NCBI GenBank assembly: GCA_026713705.1 | Contig: JAPONY010000055.1 | Coordinates: 3,227 to 67,226 of the forward strand | DNA length: 64,000 nt | DNA from: Gammaproteobacteria bacterium | Lineage (GTDB): Bacteria; Pseudomonadota; Gammaproteobacteria; Poriferisulfidales; Poriferisulfidaceae | Reading direction: 5' to 3' | In this document: positions 9,433 to 18,670 of the stretch, in pieces | Layout of the letters: each line of letters begins with the position of its first letter | How positions within the stretch are numbered: position 1 is the stretch's first letter | Notes under the pieces: generated by a model | What the model was told of the DNA's origin: nothing | Databases searched by the model: none | Seen by the model: the letters and a program-made list of their open reading frames with translations, nothing else | Program-made: the position numbers and the translations under genes

Positions 9433-10806
9433 CTACATGACGCGCCGCCAGTGGCTGCCGTCCGCCAGGTCTTCCACCGCGACCCCGGCCTCCAGCAACT
9501 GGTCTCGAATGCGGTCGGCCGCCGCGTAGTCCCCGTTCTGTCGGGCGGATTGCCGCTCGGCCAGCAGGGCTTCGATCTCGGCGTCGGTCAGGTCGTCGGA
9601 AGTCGCGCCGGCGTGGAACCATTCCTCGGCAGAGGATTCGAGCAGCCCGAGCATCCGGGCGCCGGCGTACAGCCGCCGGGCGGCCTCCGTCCGTTGCTCT
9701 CCCTGTAGATGAGCCAGGGCCGCGGCTTCGTGCCGCAGGCACCGCAGGGCCAGCGGAGTGTTGAGGTCGTCGTGCAGGGCCTGCAGGAATTCCGCACCCG
9801 GCTCGGTTCCGTCGGCTTCCGGGCTTCCCGCATCCTGCCAGGCGCGGTAGAGACGGTCCAGGGTCTGGCGGGCCTCGACGATCAGGTCGTCCGTCCAGTC
9901 CAGCGGCTTGCGGTAATGCGCATGCAGCAGGGCAAGGCGCAGCAGTTCGCCCGGGTGCCGCTCGAGCAATTCCCGGACCTGGCGGACGTTGCCGATGGAC
10001 TTGGCCATCTTTTCGCCGTCGACCGTGACGTAGCCGTTGTGCATCCACAGTCGTACGAACGATTCGCCGGGATAGGCGCAGCAGCTCTGCGCGCGTTCGT
10101 TCTCATGGTGGGGGAACACCAGGTCCTGGCCGCCACCGTGGATGTCGATGGTCGGGCCCAGGTGATGCGCGATCATGCACGAGCATTCCAGGTGCCAGCC
10201 CGGCCGGCCCCGCCCGAACGGGCTGTCCCAGCCTGCCTGCTCCGGCGTCGAGGGCTTCCACAGGACGAAATCCGCCGGATTGCGCTTGTAGTCGGCCACT
10301 TCCACCCGGGCGCCGGGATTCATTTCTTCCACTCGCCGCCCCGACAGCTCGCCGTAGCCGTCGAAACGGTCCACCGCGAACAGGATGTGTCCGTCCGCTT
10401 GGTACGCATGGCCTGAATCCAGCAGGGTCTGAATCATCGTCAGCATGGCCGGGATGGTTTCGGTCGCGCGCGGTTCCAGATCCACCGGGAGCCCTCCGAG
10501 CGAGGCGCAGACTTCATGGAAAGCGCCGATGTAGCGGGCGGTCAGTTCGTCGTACCGGCAATTCTCCTGTTTGGCCCGATCCAGGATCTTGTCGTCGATG
10601 TCGGTCAGGTTGCGCGCATAGACGACCTGGGGGTAGAGGCGACGCAGCACGCGGGTCAGCACATCGAACACCACCAGCGGGCGGGCATTGCCGATGTGGA
10701 TGTGGTCGTAGACGGTAGGGCCGCAGACGTACAGGGTGACGCGTTCGGGGTCGAGCGGGGCGAAGGCAACCTTCTTGCGGGTTGCGGTGTCGTGCAGGTG
10801 GAGCAT
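9433..10806 (-). CDS. cysS: Cysteine--tRNA ligase
   Basis: Class I aaRS HIGH motif (HIGN in [16 protein letters not shown]), KMSKS-like motif (KMAKSIGN), and a zinc/cysteine-binding region. 457 aa. Confidence 0.9.
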   Translation of the reverse strand: MLHLHDTATRKKVAFAPLDPERVTLYVCGPTVYDHIHIGNARPLVVFDVLTRVLRRLYPQVVYARNLTDIDDKILDRAKQENCRYDELTARYIGAFHEVCASLGGLPVDLEPRATETIPAMLTMIQTLLDSGHAYQADGHILFAVDRFDGYGELSGRRVEEMNPGARVEVADYKRNPADFVLWKPSTPEQAGWDSPFGRGRPGWHLECSCMIAHHLGPTIDIHGGGQDLVFPHHENERAQSCCAYPGESFVRLWMHNGYVTVDGEKMAKSIGNVRQVRELLERHPGELLRLALLHAHYRKPLDWTDDLIVEARQTLDRLYRAWQDAGSPEADGTEPGAEFLQALHDDLNTPLALRCLRHEAAALAHLQGEQRTEAARRLYAGARMLGLLESSAEEWFHAGATSDDLTDAEIEALLAERQSARQNGDYAAADRIRDQLLEAGVAVEDLADGSHWRRVM

Positions 10807-10808
10807 GG

Positions 10809-11132
10809 TCAGTCGCTGAGTTTGCGTTCCTGCAGATCGATGTCACGCTGCTGCTCGCCAACGTGTCCGGCCAGGTAGAGGGCGATGGTGAGTGCCGCGG
10901 CCGTACCGACCGCCATGGACTGCTGCCAGATCGAGGGCCCGCCGCTCAGAAGCCGAAGAAGCCATAGCAGGCTCAGGTATGCCAGATAGAAAAACCAGAA
11001 TGCGACGGGCACCAGCGCAGGGTAAGGTGGATCATTGAACTGGATCAGGTACAGAGCCGCCAGCGCCACCCCCACGGCCAGCAGGATTACCTGGGACAGA
11101 TAATTCGAAATGAGGGTGCGAATGCGGGACAT
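10809..11132 (-). CDS. Small hypothetical membrane protein (3 predicted TM helices)
   Basis: Hydrophobic segments. Its stop lies 2 nt before the cysS start, so it is likely co-transcribed. Confidence 0.4.
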   Translation of the reverse strand: MSRIRTLISNYLSQVILLAVGVALAALYLIQFNDPPYPALVPVAFWFFYLAYLSLLWLLRLLSGGPSIWQQSMAVGTAAALTIALYLAGHVGEQQRDIDLQERKLSD

Positions 11133-11287
11133 CAGGTCAGAAGGGAGCCACCTGTCGAAAGGACAATTTTAGAACAGAGCGCATCGGCGTCTCTCGCCGG
11201 TTCTTCGATCCAAGACCGAATCGCTGAGCAAACCGGGAGCGGACATGAGATAAAATGGCGTTCCTCACAAGGAGTAGGTAGCACTCA

Positions 11288-11479
11288 ATGGATCAAATCT
11301 ATCGAGACGCGGTCACCCGCATGGAAGAACTGGGCGTCGATCCCGAGTACATTCTCGGCTGGCAGGGCGGTTATCTAGGCCACCCGACGCGAGAGGAGCA
11401 ACGCCTCACCGAGGCCTATCAGGCCGGATTTGAGGACGGTCAGGAAAAGGAAACCGGTAATTTCGAGAACTGGGCGTAA
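11288..11479 (+). CDS. Hypothetical small protein (63 aa)
   Basis: A good SD (AAGGAG) lies 10 nt upstream of the ATG. No recognisable family. Confidence 0.35.
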   Translation: MDQIYRDAVTRMEELGVDPEYILGWQGGYLGHPTREEQRLTEAYQAGFEDGQEKETGNFENWA

Positions 11480-11530
11480 TCGGGTCCATTAATCTCCATC
11501 TGGCCCATCGGCCTTTTGCAACAGGAAACG

Positions 11531-11548
11531 GGGCACTTCAAAGTGCCG
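11531..11548. terminator. Possible bidirectional hairpin between convergent genes
   Basis: GGCAC-ttcaaa-GTGCC inverted repeat between the 3' ends of 11288..11479(+) and 11551..12111(-). Short stem and weak U-tract. Confidence 0.2.
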
Positions 11549-11550
11549 AG

Positions 11551-12111
11551 TTACGCTCTGCCTGAAACCAGGCTTCGGAGGGTTCGCCGAAGCGCGGTTG
11601 CGAGCTTTGGTGCCTCGCGGTCGATGACATAGGTGGCGATCCATTCCTGATCCTTCTCTCCCATGCTGTCGGCCACCGCATCGCCGAGTTCCCGGCACAG
11701 AGCAAACCCTGGCCCTTCTCCCTCGGACCATTGACAGTCGGCATAGGCTTCGGTCTGCGCATTGAGTTGTTCGATGAAGCGGGCCGCGTGTTCTCCCGGG
11801 CCGTCGCATTCCAGCCGGTTGTCCTGCATCAGCGCGGCCAGGTGCTTGGCCAGCGAGGGGATCAGCAGGCCTCGCTCTTCGTCGGACAGCCGTGATTGGG
11901 TTTCGCGGTCGACCAGATGCACGCCGAAGACCGCGAATTGCCCGATCACGTCCAGTCGCTGCGACCAGTCGGCGGTTTCGAATCCTTCGTTCTCGAGCGC
12001 CAGCAGGGCATCGCTGGCGAGCCGCCAGATATTGACGGACAGGGCGCTGGCCGTCTGGCTCGCGCTGCGCGGCGTTTCACGCAGGTTCCAGTGTCGGGAA
12101 AGACGGGGCAT
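11551..12111 (-). CDS. Hypothetical protein
   Basis: 186 aa ORF with coding-like composition. No family recognised. Confidence 0.4.
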   Translation of the reverse strand: MPRLSRHWNLRETPRSASQTASALSVNIWRLASDALLALENEGFETADWSQRLDVIGQFAVFGVHLVDRETQSRLSDEERGLLIPSLAKHLAALMQDNRLECDGPGEHAARFIEQLNAQTEAYADCQWSEGEGPGFALCRELGDAVADSMGEKDQEWIATYVIDREAPKLATALRRTLRSLVSGRA

Positions 12112-12200
12112 GGTGGGACTCCGGTCGCGATGCTAACACGCTTTGCCTTGACGATTTTGCGTTTTTCGCCACTATAGTTAGTAGGAATCATCTTATTCTG

Positions 12201-13253
12201 TTGCCGAGACTGGAAATGCCGCCGATCGAACCCTTGTGTGAGCGCGTTCAGGCCAACTGCGACATCGCCGATGCCCGTCATGCGGGTGCCCTGACCATGT
12301 GCGTGTACCTGCTGAAGATGCGCGAATACTTCCGTTGGGAGATGGGCCTGGATTTCACGGCACGCCTGCCGAACGACGCGGTAGGGCGCTGGATCCAGGA
12401 ACGGGAGGAGCGTTGGGAGGAATTGGGCGAGGAATCTTACCGCCCGGTGTCGATCCGGGGGCGGGAATACGACCCGTTCGATACCGAGGGCATCAATGAA
12501 GCGCTGTTGCCGGAGGGCTACGTGTACAGCGCGGGGCTGGGCCTGCACAAGGTGCCGCACTTTTTCCTGGGCCGGTTGCTGGGCGAGCAGGGTCAAGGAG
12601 GCTATCGGATCTATGAGGCCCGGGAAGAGTGCGCACGGGATCTGGCCGCGCCGCCCGCGATGACTCTGGGCCAGACCATCTTCGTGCGTCGGGAGTCCTT
12701 GCGCCGCATGCTGTGGGAGCGCTTGCAGGAATGGCGTTGGAACCGGCAGGAAAACGCATTGGGCGAGGCTTTGCGCTGTTATCCGTTCGACGAGGACCTG
12801 GAATCGGCGCTTGATGCGATGACGGAATGCGAAGCGCGGACTCTGATCCTGCATGAAATCGGCGAGATCGAGGTCGGCCGGGAGTTGGGAGAGGACTGGC
12901 ACGAACTGTTGCATGCCCTGCCCCGCGGGATGGCGGAATTGGGCCTGCGCGCGGTGCGCGACCACTGGGCCGATTGCCAGGTGACATTGCCGGCCTTGCT
13001 GGAAGACGGCAATCGTGCGGCACTGCTGTTCTATCGAGCCGGCCTGACGGCCATGCGCCGGCAGTTGTTCCCGGAGTTGGTGGAAGCGTTTGACTGCTGG
13101 CGGGACGAGCATGATGAAGGCGTCCTGCTGAAAACGGTCGATCGGGGCCGTGCTCACTGGGGAGAAACCGCGAAACAACTGCTGCATGCCGGCAGCCGGA
13201 GCCGGACCCCTGCGAAAAAGTTGACGAGCATTCTGGAAGCGGCGGCGCTGTGA
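12201..13253 (+). CDS. Hypothetical protein (first gene of operon leading into fad genes)
   Basis: 350 aa. Its stop overlaps the start of the next gene (ATGA). No recognisable motifs. Confidence 0.45.
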   Translation: MPRLEMPPIEPLCERVQANCDIADARHAGALTMCVYLLKMREYFRWEMGLDFTARLPNDAVGRWIQEREERWEELGEESYRPVSIRGREYDPFDTEGINEALLPEGYVYSAGLGLHKVPHFFLGRLLGEQGQGGYRIYEAREECARDLAAPPAMTLGQTIFVRRESLRRMLWERLQEWRWNRQENALGEALRCYPFDEDLESALDAMTECEARTLILHEIGEIEVGRELGEDWHELLHALPRGMAELGLRAVRDHWADCQVTLPALLEDGNRAALLFYRAGLTAMRRQLFPELVEAFDCWRDEHDEGVLLKTVDRGRAHWGETAKQLLHAGSRSRTPAKKLTSILEAAAL

Positions 13254-13834
13254 GCGCGTCTCCGTCCGAGCTGCGCGAAGTTCTTCCCGGAAGTTTCATC
13301 TGGCAGCAGGACGGCGTCCTGGCGCCGGAGCAGTGCCAGGCCGTCATCGAGCGCTTCGAGGCGCATCCGGGCAAGGTGTCCGGACGCACGGGCGCCGACG
13401 CGAGCGAGCGGCCTGAACTCAAGCAATCGACCGACCTGGCTCTGGTCGGGCCGGAGTGGGAGGATGTTGATCGCTGGCTGTTTTCCTCCCTGTCCGCCGC
13501 GTTGCGGGAACTGCAGCGTCACCACCCGTATTTTCGCGGGCGGTTCAAGGATCAGGGATATGCGGTGCAGCGCACCGACGAGGGCGAGTACTATCACTGG
13601 CATGTGGATGCGGACAGTACGGCCTTGGCGGATCGGCAGTTGGTGGCAATCTGGTATCTCAACGACGTGGGGGGGCCGGGCGGGGAGACCGAATTCCTGC
13701 ACCAGGAAGTGAAGATCACGCCGGCGGCCGGTCGGCTGATCCTGTTCCCGCCGTTCTGGACCCATCAGCACCGAGGCGTCACCCTGCGCCAGGGCGTCAA
13801 GTACCTGGCAACCACCTGGATTGTTTTCGCTTAA
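13250..13834 (+). CDS. 2OG-Fe(II) oxygenase superfamily protein (prolyl-4-hydroxylase-like)
   Basis: HxD...H facial triad candidates (HWHVDAD and THQHRG) and an RxS-like 2OG-binding region (GVTLRQGVKY). 194 aa. Confidence 0.6.
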   Translation: MSASPSELREVLPGSFIWQQDGVLAPEQCQAVIERFEAHPGKVSGRTGADASERPELKQSTDLALVGPEWEDVDRWLFSSLSAALRELQRHHPYFRGRFKDQGYAVQRTDEGEYYHWHVDADSTALADRQLVAIWYLNDVGGPGGETEFLHQEVKITPAAGRLILFPPFWTHQHRGVTLRQGVKYLATTWIVFA

Positions 13835-13869
13835 GATGGGGTGGGGCGCGCCGACTAGAATAGTCGAGT

Positions 13870-14859
13870 ATGCGCTTGACTTCTTATCTACGTCTTCCAG
13901 ACCCGGCAATTTGGCGGCGGGTCGCGGGGCGTTGGTTGCACCGGGGCCGGATTTATGTGGCTCGTGCGCTCGAATTCTGGCGGTGGGCGGTGGAGTGGCT
14001 GGAGCGCCGGGCCATCGTCTGGCTGCTGGTCGAGAAGAGGAAAGGGGAGATCTTGTCGCCGATCAACTTCGAACACCTTCTGGCCGAGGTCCGCATGGGC
14101 GATGTGCTGTTGGTCGAAGGACGTACCCGGGTGTCGCACGCGGTGCGAAACATCACGAAGAGCGTGTGGACGCATTCGGCACTGGTCATCGGCACCCTGG
14201 ACAAGATCCGGGACCCAGCCCTGCGCGCGGTTGCGCGCAGCTATCTCCAGGACGATGAGCTGGAGGACCCGCTGATCGTGGAGTCCGAGCTCGGCTGCGG
14301 CACGATCATTTCCTCGATCCTGCGCTACCGCGACCACCACCTTCGCCTGTGCCGGCCGCAGAGGTTGAGCTATGCGGATGCCCGCCGAGTCTCGACCTAC
14401 GCTCTGCTGCACCTGGGTGCCGGCTACAACGTCCGGCAGATCCTGGACCTCGCGCGTTTCCTGGTGCCTTGGTGGACGGTGGTCCCGCGCCGCTGGCATT
14501 CGTCCCTGTTCGAACACAACTACCGGGATCCCACCCGGCTGATCTGTTCGACGATGATCGCCAATGCGTTCAGCCGGGTCCGCTTCCCCGTGGTCCCGCT
14601 GGTCGTCCAGGACGAAGGACAATTCCGTATGCTGCAACGCAATCCGCGCCTGGTTACGCCGCGCGACTTCGATCACTCTCCGTACTTCTCGATCATCAAG
14701 TACCCGCTGCTCGGCGAGGACGACATCGGGTTCTACAAGAAATTGCCGTGGTCGGAGCAGGGCCTGGCCGAAGAGGCCCAGGACAGTCTGGAAGACTGCA
14801 GCATCATGCATGTCAAACTGAACCAGCCGGAACCCGAGGATAGCGAGGAGAAAGACTGA
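13870..14859 (+). CDS. YiiX/DUF830-like permuted papain-fold (NlpC/P60-like) putative lipid-directed hydrolase
   Basis: N-terminal GDVLLVEG...SHAVRNIT...THSALVIG resembles the YiiX family. A conserved Cys lies in LICSTMIANAF. The stop overlaps the fadE start. Confidence 0.45.
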   Translation: MRLTSYLRLPDPAIWRRVAGRWLHRGRIYVARALEFWRWAVEWLERRAIVWLLVEKRKGEILSPINFEHLLAEVRMGDVLLVEGRTRVSHAVRNITKSVWTHSALVIGTLDKIRDPALRAVARSYLQDDELEDPLIVESELGCGTIISSILRYRDHHLRLCRPQRLSYADARRVSTYALLHLGAGYNVRQILDLARFLVPWWTVVPRRWHSSLFEHNYRDPTRLICSTMIANAFSRVRFPVVPLVVQDEGQFRMLQRNPRLVTPRDFDHSPYFSIIKYPLLGEDDIGFYKKLPWSEQGLAEEAQDSLEDCSIMHVKLNQPEPEDSEEKD

Positions 14860-17348
14860 TGGGCGGTTTTCTGGGCGCACTCTTCTGCCAGCTGGCCGGG
14901 CTCGTCCTGCTGCTTGCGGGCTTGGCGTTGATCACGGTTCATGCGGCGAACTTCTGGGTCTGGGTGGCCGCGGCGGGGCTGGCGCTGCTGCTGTGGATGC
15001 TGACTTTCGCGCCGCCGTTCTGGTGGGCCTTCCTGGTGGTTGCGGCGTGGGCGGTGCCGGTGCTGATGTGGGTGCATTCGGGCTGGCGGCAATCCGTGAT
15101 CGTCCAGCCTGCCTGGCACCGGTTGCGCAAGGCATTGCCGCCCTTGTCCGATACCGAGCGCGAAGCGCTGCAGGCGGGGGCCGCGGGTTGGGAAGAGGCA
15201 TTGTTCACCGGATCGCCCGATTGGGACGGGATCCTGCGCGGGAAGCCTGCGGAACTCACCGAGACGGAGCAGGAGTTTCTTGAAGGTCCGGTCGAGCGCC
15301 TGTGCGCATTGCTGGACGACTGGCGCATCACGACGGCCGACTACGACCTGCCGCCGGAAGCCTGGCAGCTGATCCGGGAGGAGAAGTTTTTCGGCATGGT
15401 CTTGCCGGAACAATACGGCGGCCTGGGATTTTCGGCGCTCGCCCACTCCGAAGTGGTCATGAAGATCGCCAGCCGCAGCGTCACCGCGGCGGTCACGGTC
15501 ATGGTGCCCAACTCGCTCGGCCCGGGCAAGTTGCTGCTGCGCTATGGCACGCAGGAGCAGAAGGACCACTACCTGCCTAGGCTTGCGCGAGGGGAAGAGA
15601 CGCCCTGTTTCGGCTTGACCGGGCCGCATGCCGGATCGGATGCGGCCTCCCTGCAGGATAGCGGCGTGGTCTGCCAATGGGAGGAGGACGGCGAAAGCGT
15701 CCTGGGCATCCGACTCAACTGGGAGAAGCGCTACATCACTCTGGCGCCGGTGGCGACGCTGATCGGTCTGGCCTTCCGCCTGTACGACCCGGACGGCCTT
15801 CTGGGCGGTGCGCGGGATCTGGGAATCACGCTGGCACTGATCCCGGCGGACACGCCGGGGGTTGAAGCCGGACAACGGCACATGCCCCTGCAAGTCCCGT
15901 TCATGAACGGGCCGGTTCTGGGACGCAACGTGCGGATTCCCATGGACCAGGTCATCGGCGGGCGCGAGGGTGCCGGACGTGGTTGGCAGATGCTGATGGA
16001 ATGCCTGGGCGAGGGGCGGGGCATTTCGCTTCCCGCCTTGGCGGTGGCCGCCGGCAAGACGGCGACCCGCCGCACAGGGGCCTATGCCGCCGTCCGGCGC
16101 CAATTCTCGTTGCCGATCGCCCGGTTCGAGGGGGTCGAGGAAGTGCTTGGCGGGATCGGCGGGAACACGTACCTGATGGATGCCGTGCGAACCGAGATCG
16201 CGCGTCAGGAAGATTGCGACGAATGTTCTTCCGTAGCATCGGCGATCGCCAAGCAGCAGCTGACCGAGCGCATGCGCCAGGTCGTCAATGGAGCCATGGA
16301 TATCAATGCCGGCGCGGGAATCTGCATGGGCCCCCGCAACCAAGTGGCCCGCCTGTACCAGGCGGTGCCGATTGCGATCACGGTGGAAGGCGCCAACCTG
16401 CTGACCCGCAACATGATAATTTTCGGGCAGGGACTGGTGCGTTGCCACCCCTACCTGCTGCAGGAGATGGAGTGCCTGCAGATGGAGGAAGAGGGCGAGG
16501 CACTGGAACGGTTCGACCTGATCTTGGGTCGGCATGCAGGCACTACTTTCCGCAGCGTCAGCCGCGCGTTCGTGCTGGGCCTCAGCGGCGGGCGTTATCC
16601 TCTATCGGACCTGCCTCCGGCGCCATACCGGGCCTTGGCCTGGCAGAGTGCTTGCTTTGCCTGGGTGGTTGACGTGCTGCTGCTGCGCTACGGGGGAGTG
16701 CTCAAACGCCGAGAACGCCTGTCGGCGCGCTTGGCGGACATGTTTTCGGCCCAGTACATGGCGGTATGCGTGATTCGCCGGTTTCAAGCGCGGGGCGGCC
16801 GCGCGGAAGAGGTCCCTTTGCGCGACTGGGCCCTGATGGAATGCCGACAGCACTTCATTACGGCGCTGGACGGACTGATCCGCAATCTGGACAACATCTG
16901 GCTGCGTGCTTTGCTGCGTGCCTCCACCCTCCCGCTGGGGCGCCTGGGCCAGTTCCGGGCCGACAAGGGGGACAGCGCCGTGGCTCGTTTGATCACGACG
17001 CCGGGTGAGGAACGCGACCGCTTGTGCGAAGGGATTTATTTGGGCGAAGACCCTGACGATCCCTCTGTCCGGCTGGAGCGAGGCCTGATCGAGGCGGAAA
17101 AGTTGGAGCCGGTCCGGCGCGCATTGCGCCGTGCGGTGCAGGAGGGGAAAGTCACGGTGGGTGAAGAGGGCGTCGACCTGGATCAAGCGGTAGAGGTTGG
17201 AGTCATGACCTCGGAACAGGCGGAGCAGTTGCGCGAAGCCGACCGCCGGGTGGACGAGATCATCGCGGTCGACGCATTTGCGCCGGAGGATTGGGCGCGC
17301 GCTGTACCCATTCTGCCGAGCGACCCGCCGGATCGTGCAGCGCAATGA
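14859..17348 (+). CDS. fadE: Acyl-CoA dehydrogenase, FadE type (large, N-terminal membrane anchor)
   Basis: 829 aa. N-terminal TM helices, then an ACAD fold (MVLPEQYGGLGFS, FGLTGPHAGSDAASL, catalytic region) and a DUF1974-like C-terminus, matching E. coli FadE architecture. Confidence 0.8.
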   Translation: MGGFLGALFCQLAGLVLLLAGLALITVHAANFWVWVAAAGLALLLWMLTFAPPFWWAFLVVAAWAVPVLMWVHSGWRQSVIVQPAWHRLRKALPPLSDTEREALQAGAAGWEEALFTGSPDWDGILRGKPAELTETEQEFLEGPVERLCALLDDWRITTADYDLPPEAWQLIREEKFFGMVLPEQYGGLGFSALAHSEVVMKIASRSVTAAVTVMVPNSLGPGKLLLRYGTQEQKDHYLPRLARGEETPCFGLTGPHAGSDAASLQDSGVVCQWEEDGESVLGIRLNWEKRYITLAPVATLIGLAFRLYDPDGLLGGARDLGITLALIPADTPGVEAGQRHMPLQVPFMNGPVLGRNVRIPMDQVIGGREGAGRGWQMLMECLGEGRGISLPALAVAAGKTATRRTGAYAAVRRQFSLPIARFEGVEEVLGGIGGNTYLMDAVRTEIARQEDCDECSSVASAIAKQQLTERMRQVVNGAMDINAGAGICMGPRNQVARLYQAVPIAITVEGANLLTRNMIIFGQGLVRCHPYLLQEMECLQMEEEGEALERFDLILGRHAGTTFRSVSRAFVLGLSGGRYPLSDLPPAPYRALAWQSACFAWVVDVLLLRYGGVLKRRERLSARLADMFSAQYMAVCVIRRFQARGGRAEEVPLRDWALMECRQHFITALDGLIRNLDNIWLRALLRASTLPLGRLGQFRADKGDSAVARLITTPGEERDRLCEGIYLGEDPDDPSVRLERGLIEAEKLEPVRRALRRAVQEGKVTVGEEGVDLDQAVEVGVMTSEQAEQLREADRRVDEIIAVDAFAPEDWARAVPILPSDPPDRAAQ

Positions 17349-17368
17349 ATTATCGGGCGATATGAGCC

Positions 17369-18670
17369 ATGCAACTGAGTTACGGGCGCACAGTCTACGT
17401 CGTTGATGGTCGGCGAACGCCGATCCTCAAGGCCTCCGGTTCTCCGGGGCCGTTCTCCGCGAGCGATCTGGCGGTAGCCTGCAGCCGGGATCTTCTTATG
17501 CGGCACCCGAAGGCCCGGGAGAACATACAGGAGGTGGTCTGGGGCTGCGTGATGCCCAGCGAGTCCGAAGCCAATATCTCCCGAATCATCGGCCTTCGCC
17601 TGGGGCTCGGCCTCGGCGTGCCCGCCCACACGGTCCAGCGCAACTGCGCATCCGGAATGCAGGCGCTGGATGCGGCGGCGCATCGCATCGCACAGGGTGC
17701 CGCGGACCTGGTTCTCGCCGGAGGGGTCGAGGCGATGAGCCGTGCACCTGTCCTCTTCGGGCCGGACGCCGTGGCTTGGCTTGGGGGTTTCAGCCGGGCG
17801 AGGGGCCGGTGGGCCCGGTTGCGCATGCTGGCGAAGCTAAGGCCCCGGATGTTGCATCCGGTCATCGCCCTCAAGTGCGGCCTGACCGATCCGGTGGTGA
17901 ACCTCAACATGGGCCAGACTGCGGAGGAACTGGCCTATCGTTTCCAGATTTCCCGCCGGGCCATGGACACTTTTGCGCTGGAAAGCCACGAACTTGCCGC
18001 ACGGGCGCAGGATGCGGGGGTTTTCGACGATGAAATAACACCTCTCTACGAGGGGGTGACCGGCAAAATCTATGCTCAGGACAACGGGGTGCGCCGCGAT
18101 TCTTCCCTGGAGCAACTGGGCCGGTTGCGCCCGGCGTTCGACCGTCCGAGCGGCAACGTGACGGCCGGAAACAGTGCGCAGATCAGCGATGGCGCGGCCG
18201 CGTTATTGCTGGCTTCGGGCGAGGCGGTCGAGCAATATGATTTGCCGATCCTCGGCATTCTGCATCACATTAGCTGGGCGGCGCTGGATCCGGCGGTGAT
18301 GGGGCTGGGCCCAGTGCACGCGATGCGGGATCTGTTCGACCGGACCGAAGTCGCGGTTCCCGAAATCGACTGCTTCGAGATCAACGAGGCGTTTGCGGTG
18401 CAGGTCCTGGCGTGTCTGCAAGCCTGGCAAGACGAAACTTACATGCATGAGGTACTGGGCCGGGGCGGTTGTCTCGCGCCGATCGACAAGGAACGGCTCA
18501 ATCCGCACGGGGGCGCAGTGGCCATCGGCCATCCGGTGGGCATGACCGGGGCGCGGATCGTGTTGCACGTGCTCAAGCAGCTGCAGCGCATGAAAGGACG
18601 GTTCGGAGTCGCGAGCCTGTGCATCGGCGGAGGGCAGGGCGGCGCGGCATTGCTGGAGCGCGTGTCATGA
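17369..18670 (+). CDS. fadI: 3-ketoacyl-CoA thiolase (FadI/FadA type)
   Basis: Thiolase motifs: NCASGMQAL (active Cys), GNSAQISDGAAA, CIGGGQGGA. 433 aa, typical FadI size. Confidence 0.8.
   Translation: MQLSYGRTVYVVDGRRTPILKASGSPGPFSASDLAVACSRDLLMRHPKARENIQEVVWGCVMPSESEANISRIIGLRLGLGLGVPAHTVQRNCASGMQALDAAAHRIAQGAADLVLAGGVEAMSRAPVLFGPDAVAWLGGFSRARGRWARLRMLAKLRPRMLHPVIALKCGLTDPVVNLNMGQTAEELAYRFQISRRAMDTFALESHELAARAQDAGVFDDEITPLYEGVTGKIYAQDNGVRRDSSLEQLGRLRPAFDRPSGNVTAGNSAQISDGAAALLLASGEAVEQYDLPILGILHHISWAALDPAVMGLGPVHAMRDLFDRTEVAVPEIDCFEINEAFAVQVLACLQAWQDETYMHEVLGRGGCLAPIDKERLNPHGGAVAIGHPVGMTGARIVLHVLKQLQRMKGRFGVASLCIGGGQGGAALLERVS

Noticed and set aside
11946-13187. 413-aa ORF on - strand, and 12493..13422 (-) 309 aa
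   Set aside because: Both are antisense to the 12201..13253/13250..13834 genes. The translations are low-complexity Pro/Arg/Ala-rich.
14733-16535. 600-aa ORF on - strand
   Set aside because: It is antisense to fadE. The translation is Arg/Gln/His/Pro-rich with no motifs. fadE on the + strand has clear ACAD motifs.
18469-18666. Upstream extension of the fadJ ORF (track start 18469)
   Set aside because: It would overlap the thiolase gene by ~200 nt in another frame with an Arg-rich junk translation. The ATG at 18667 overlapping the thiolase stop (ATGA) gives a canonical FadJ N-terminus.
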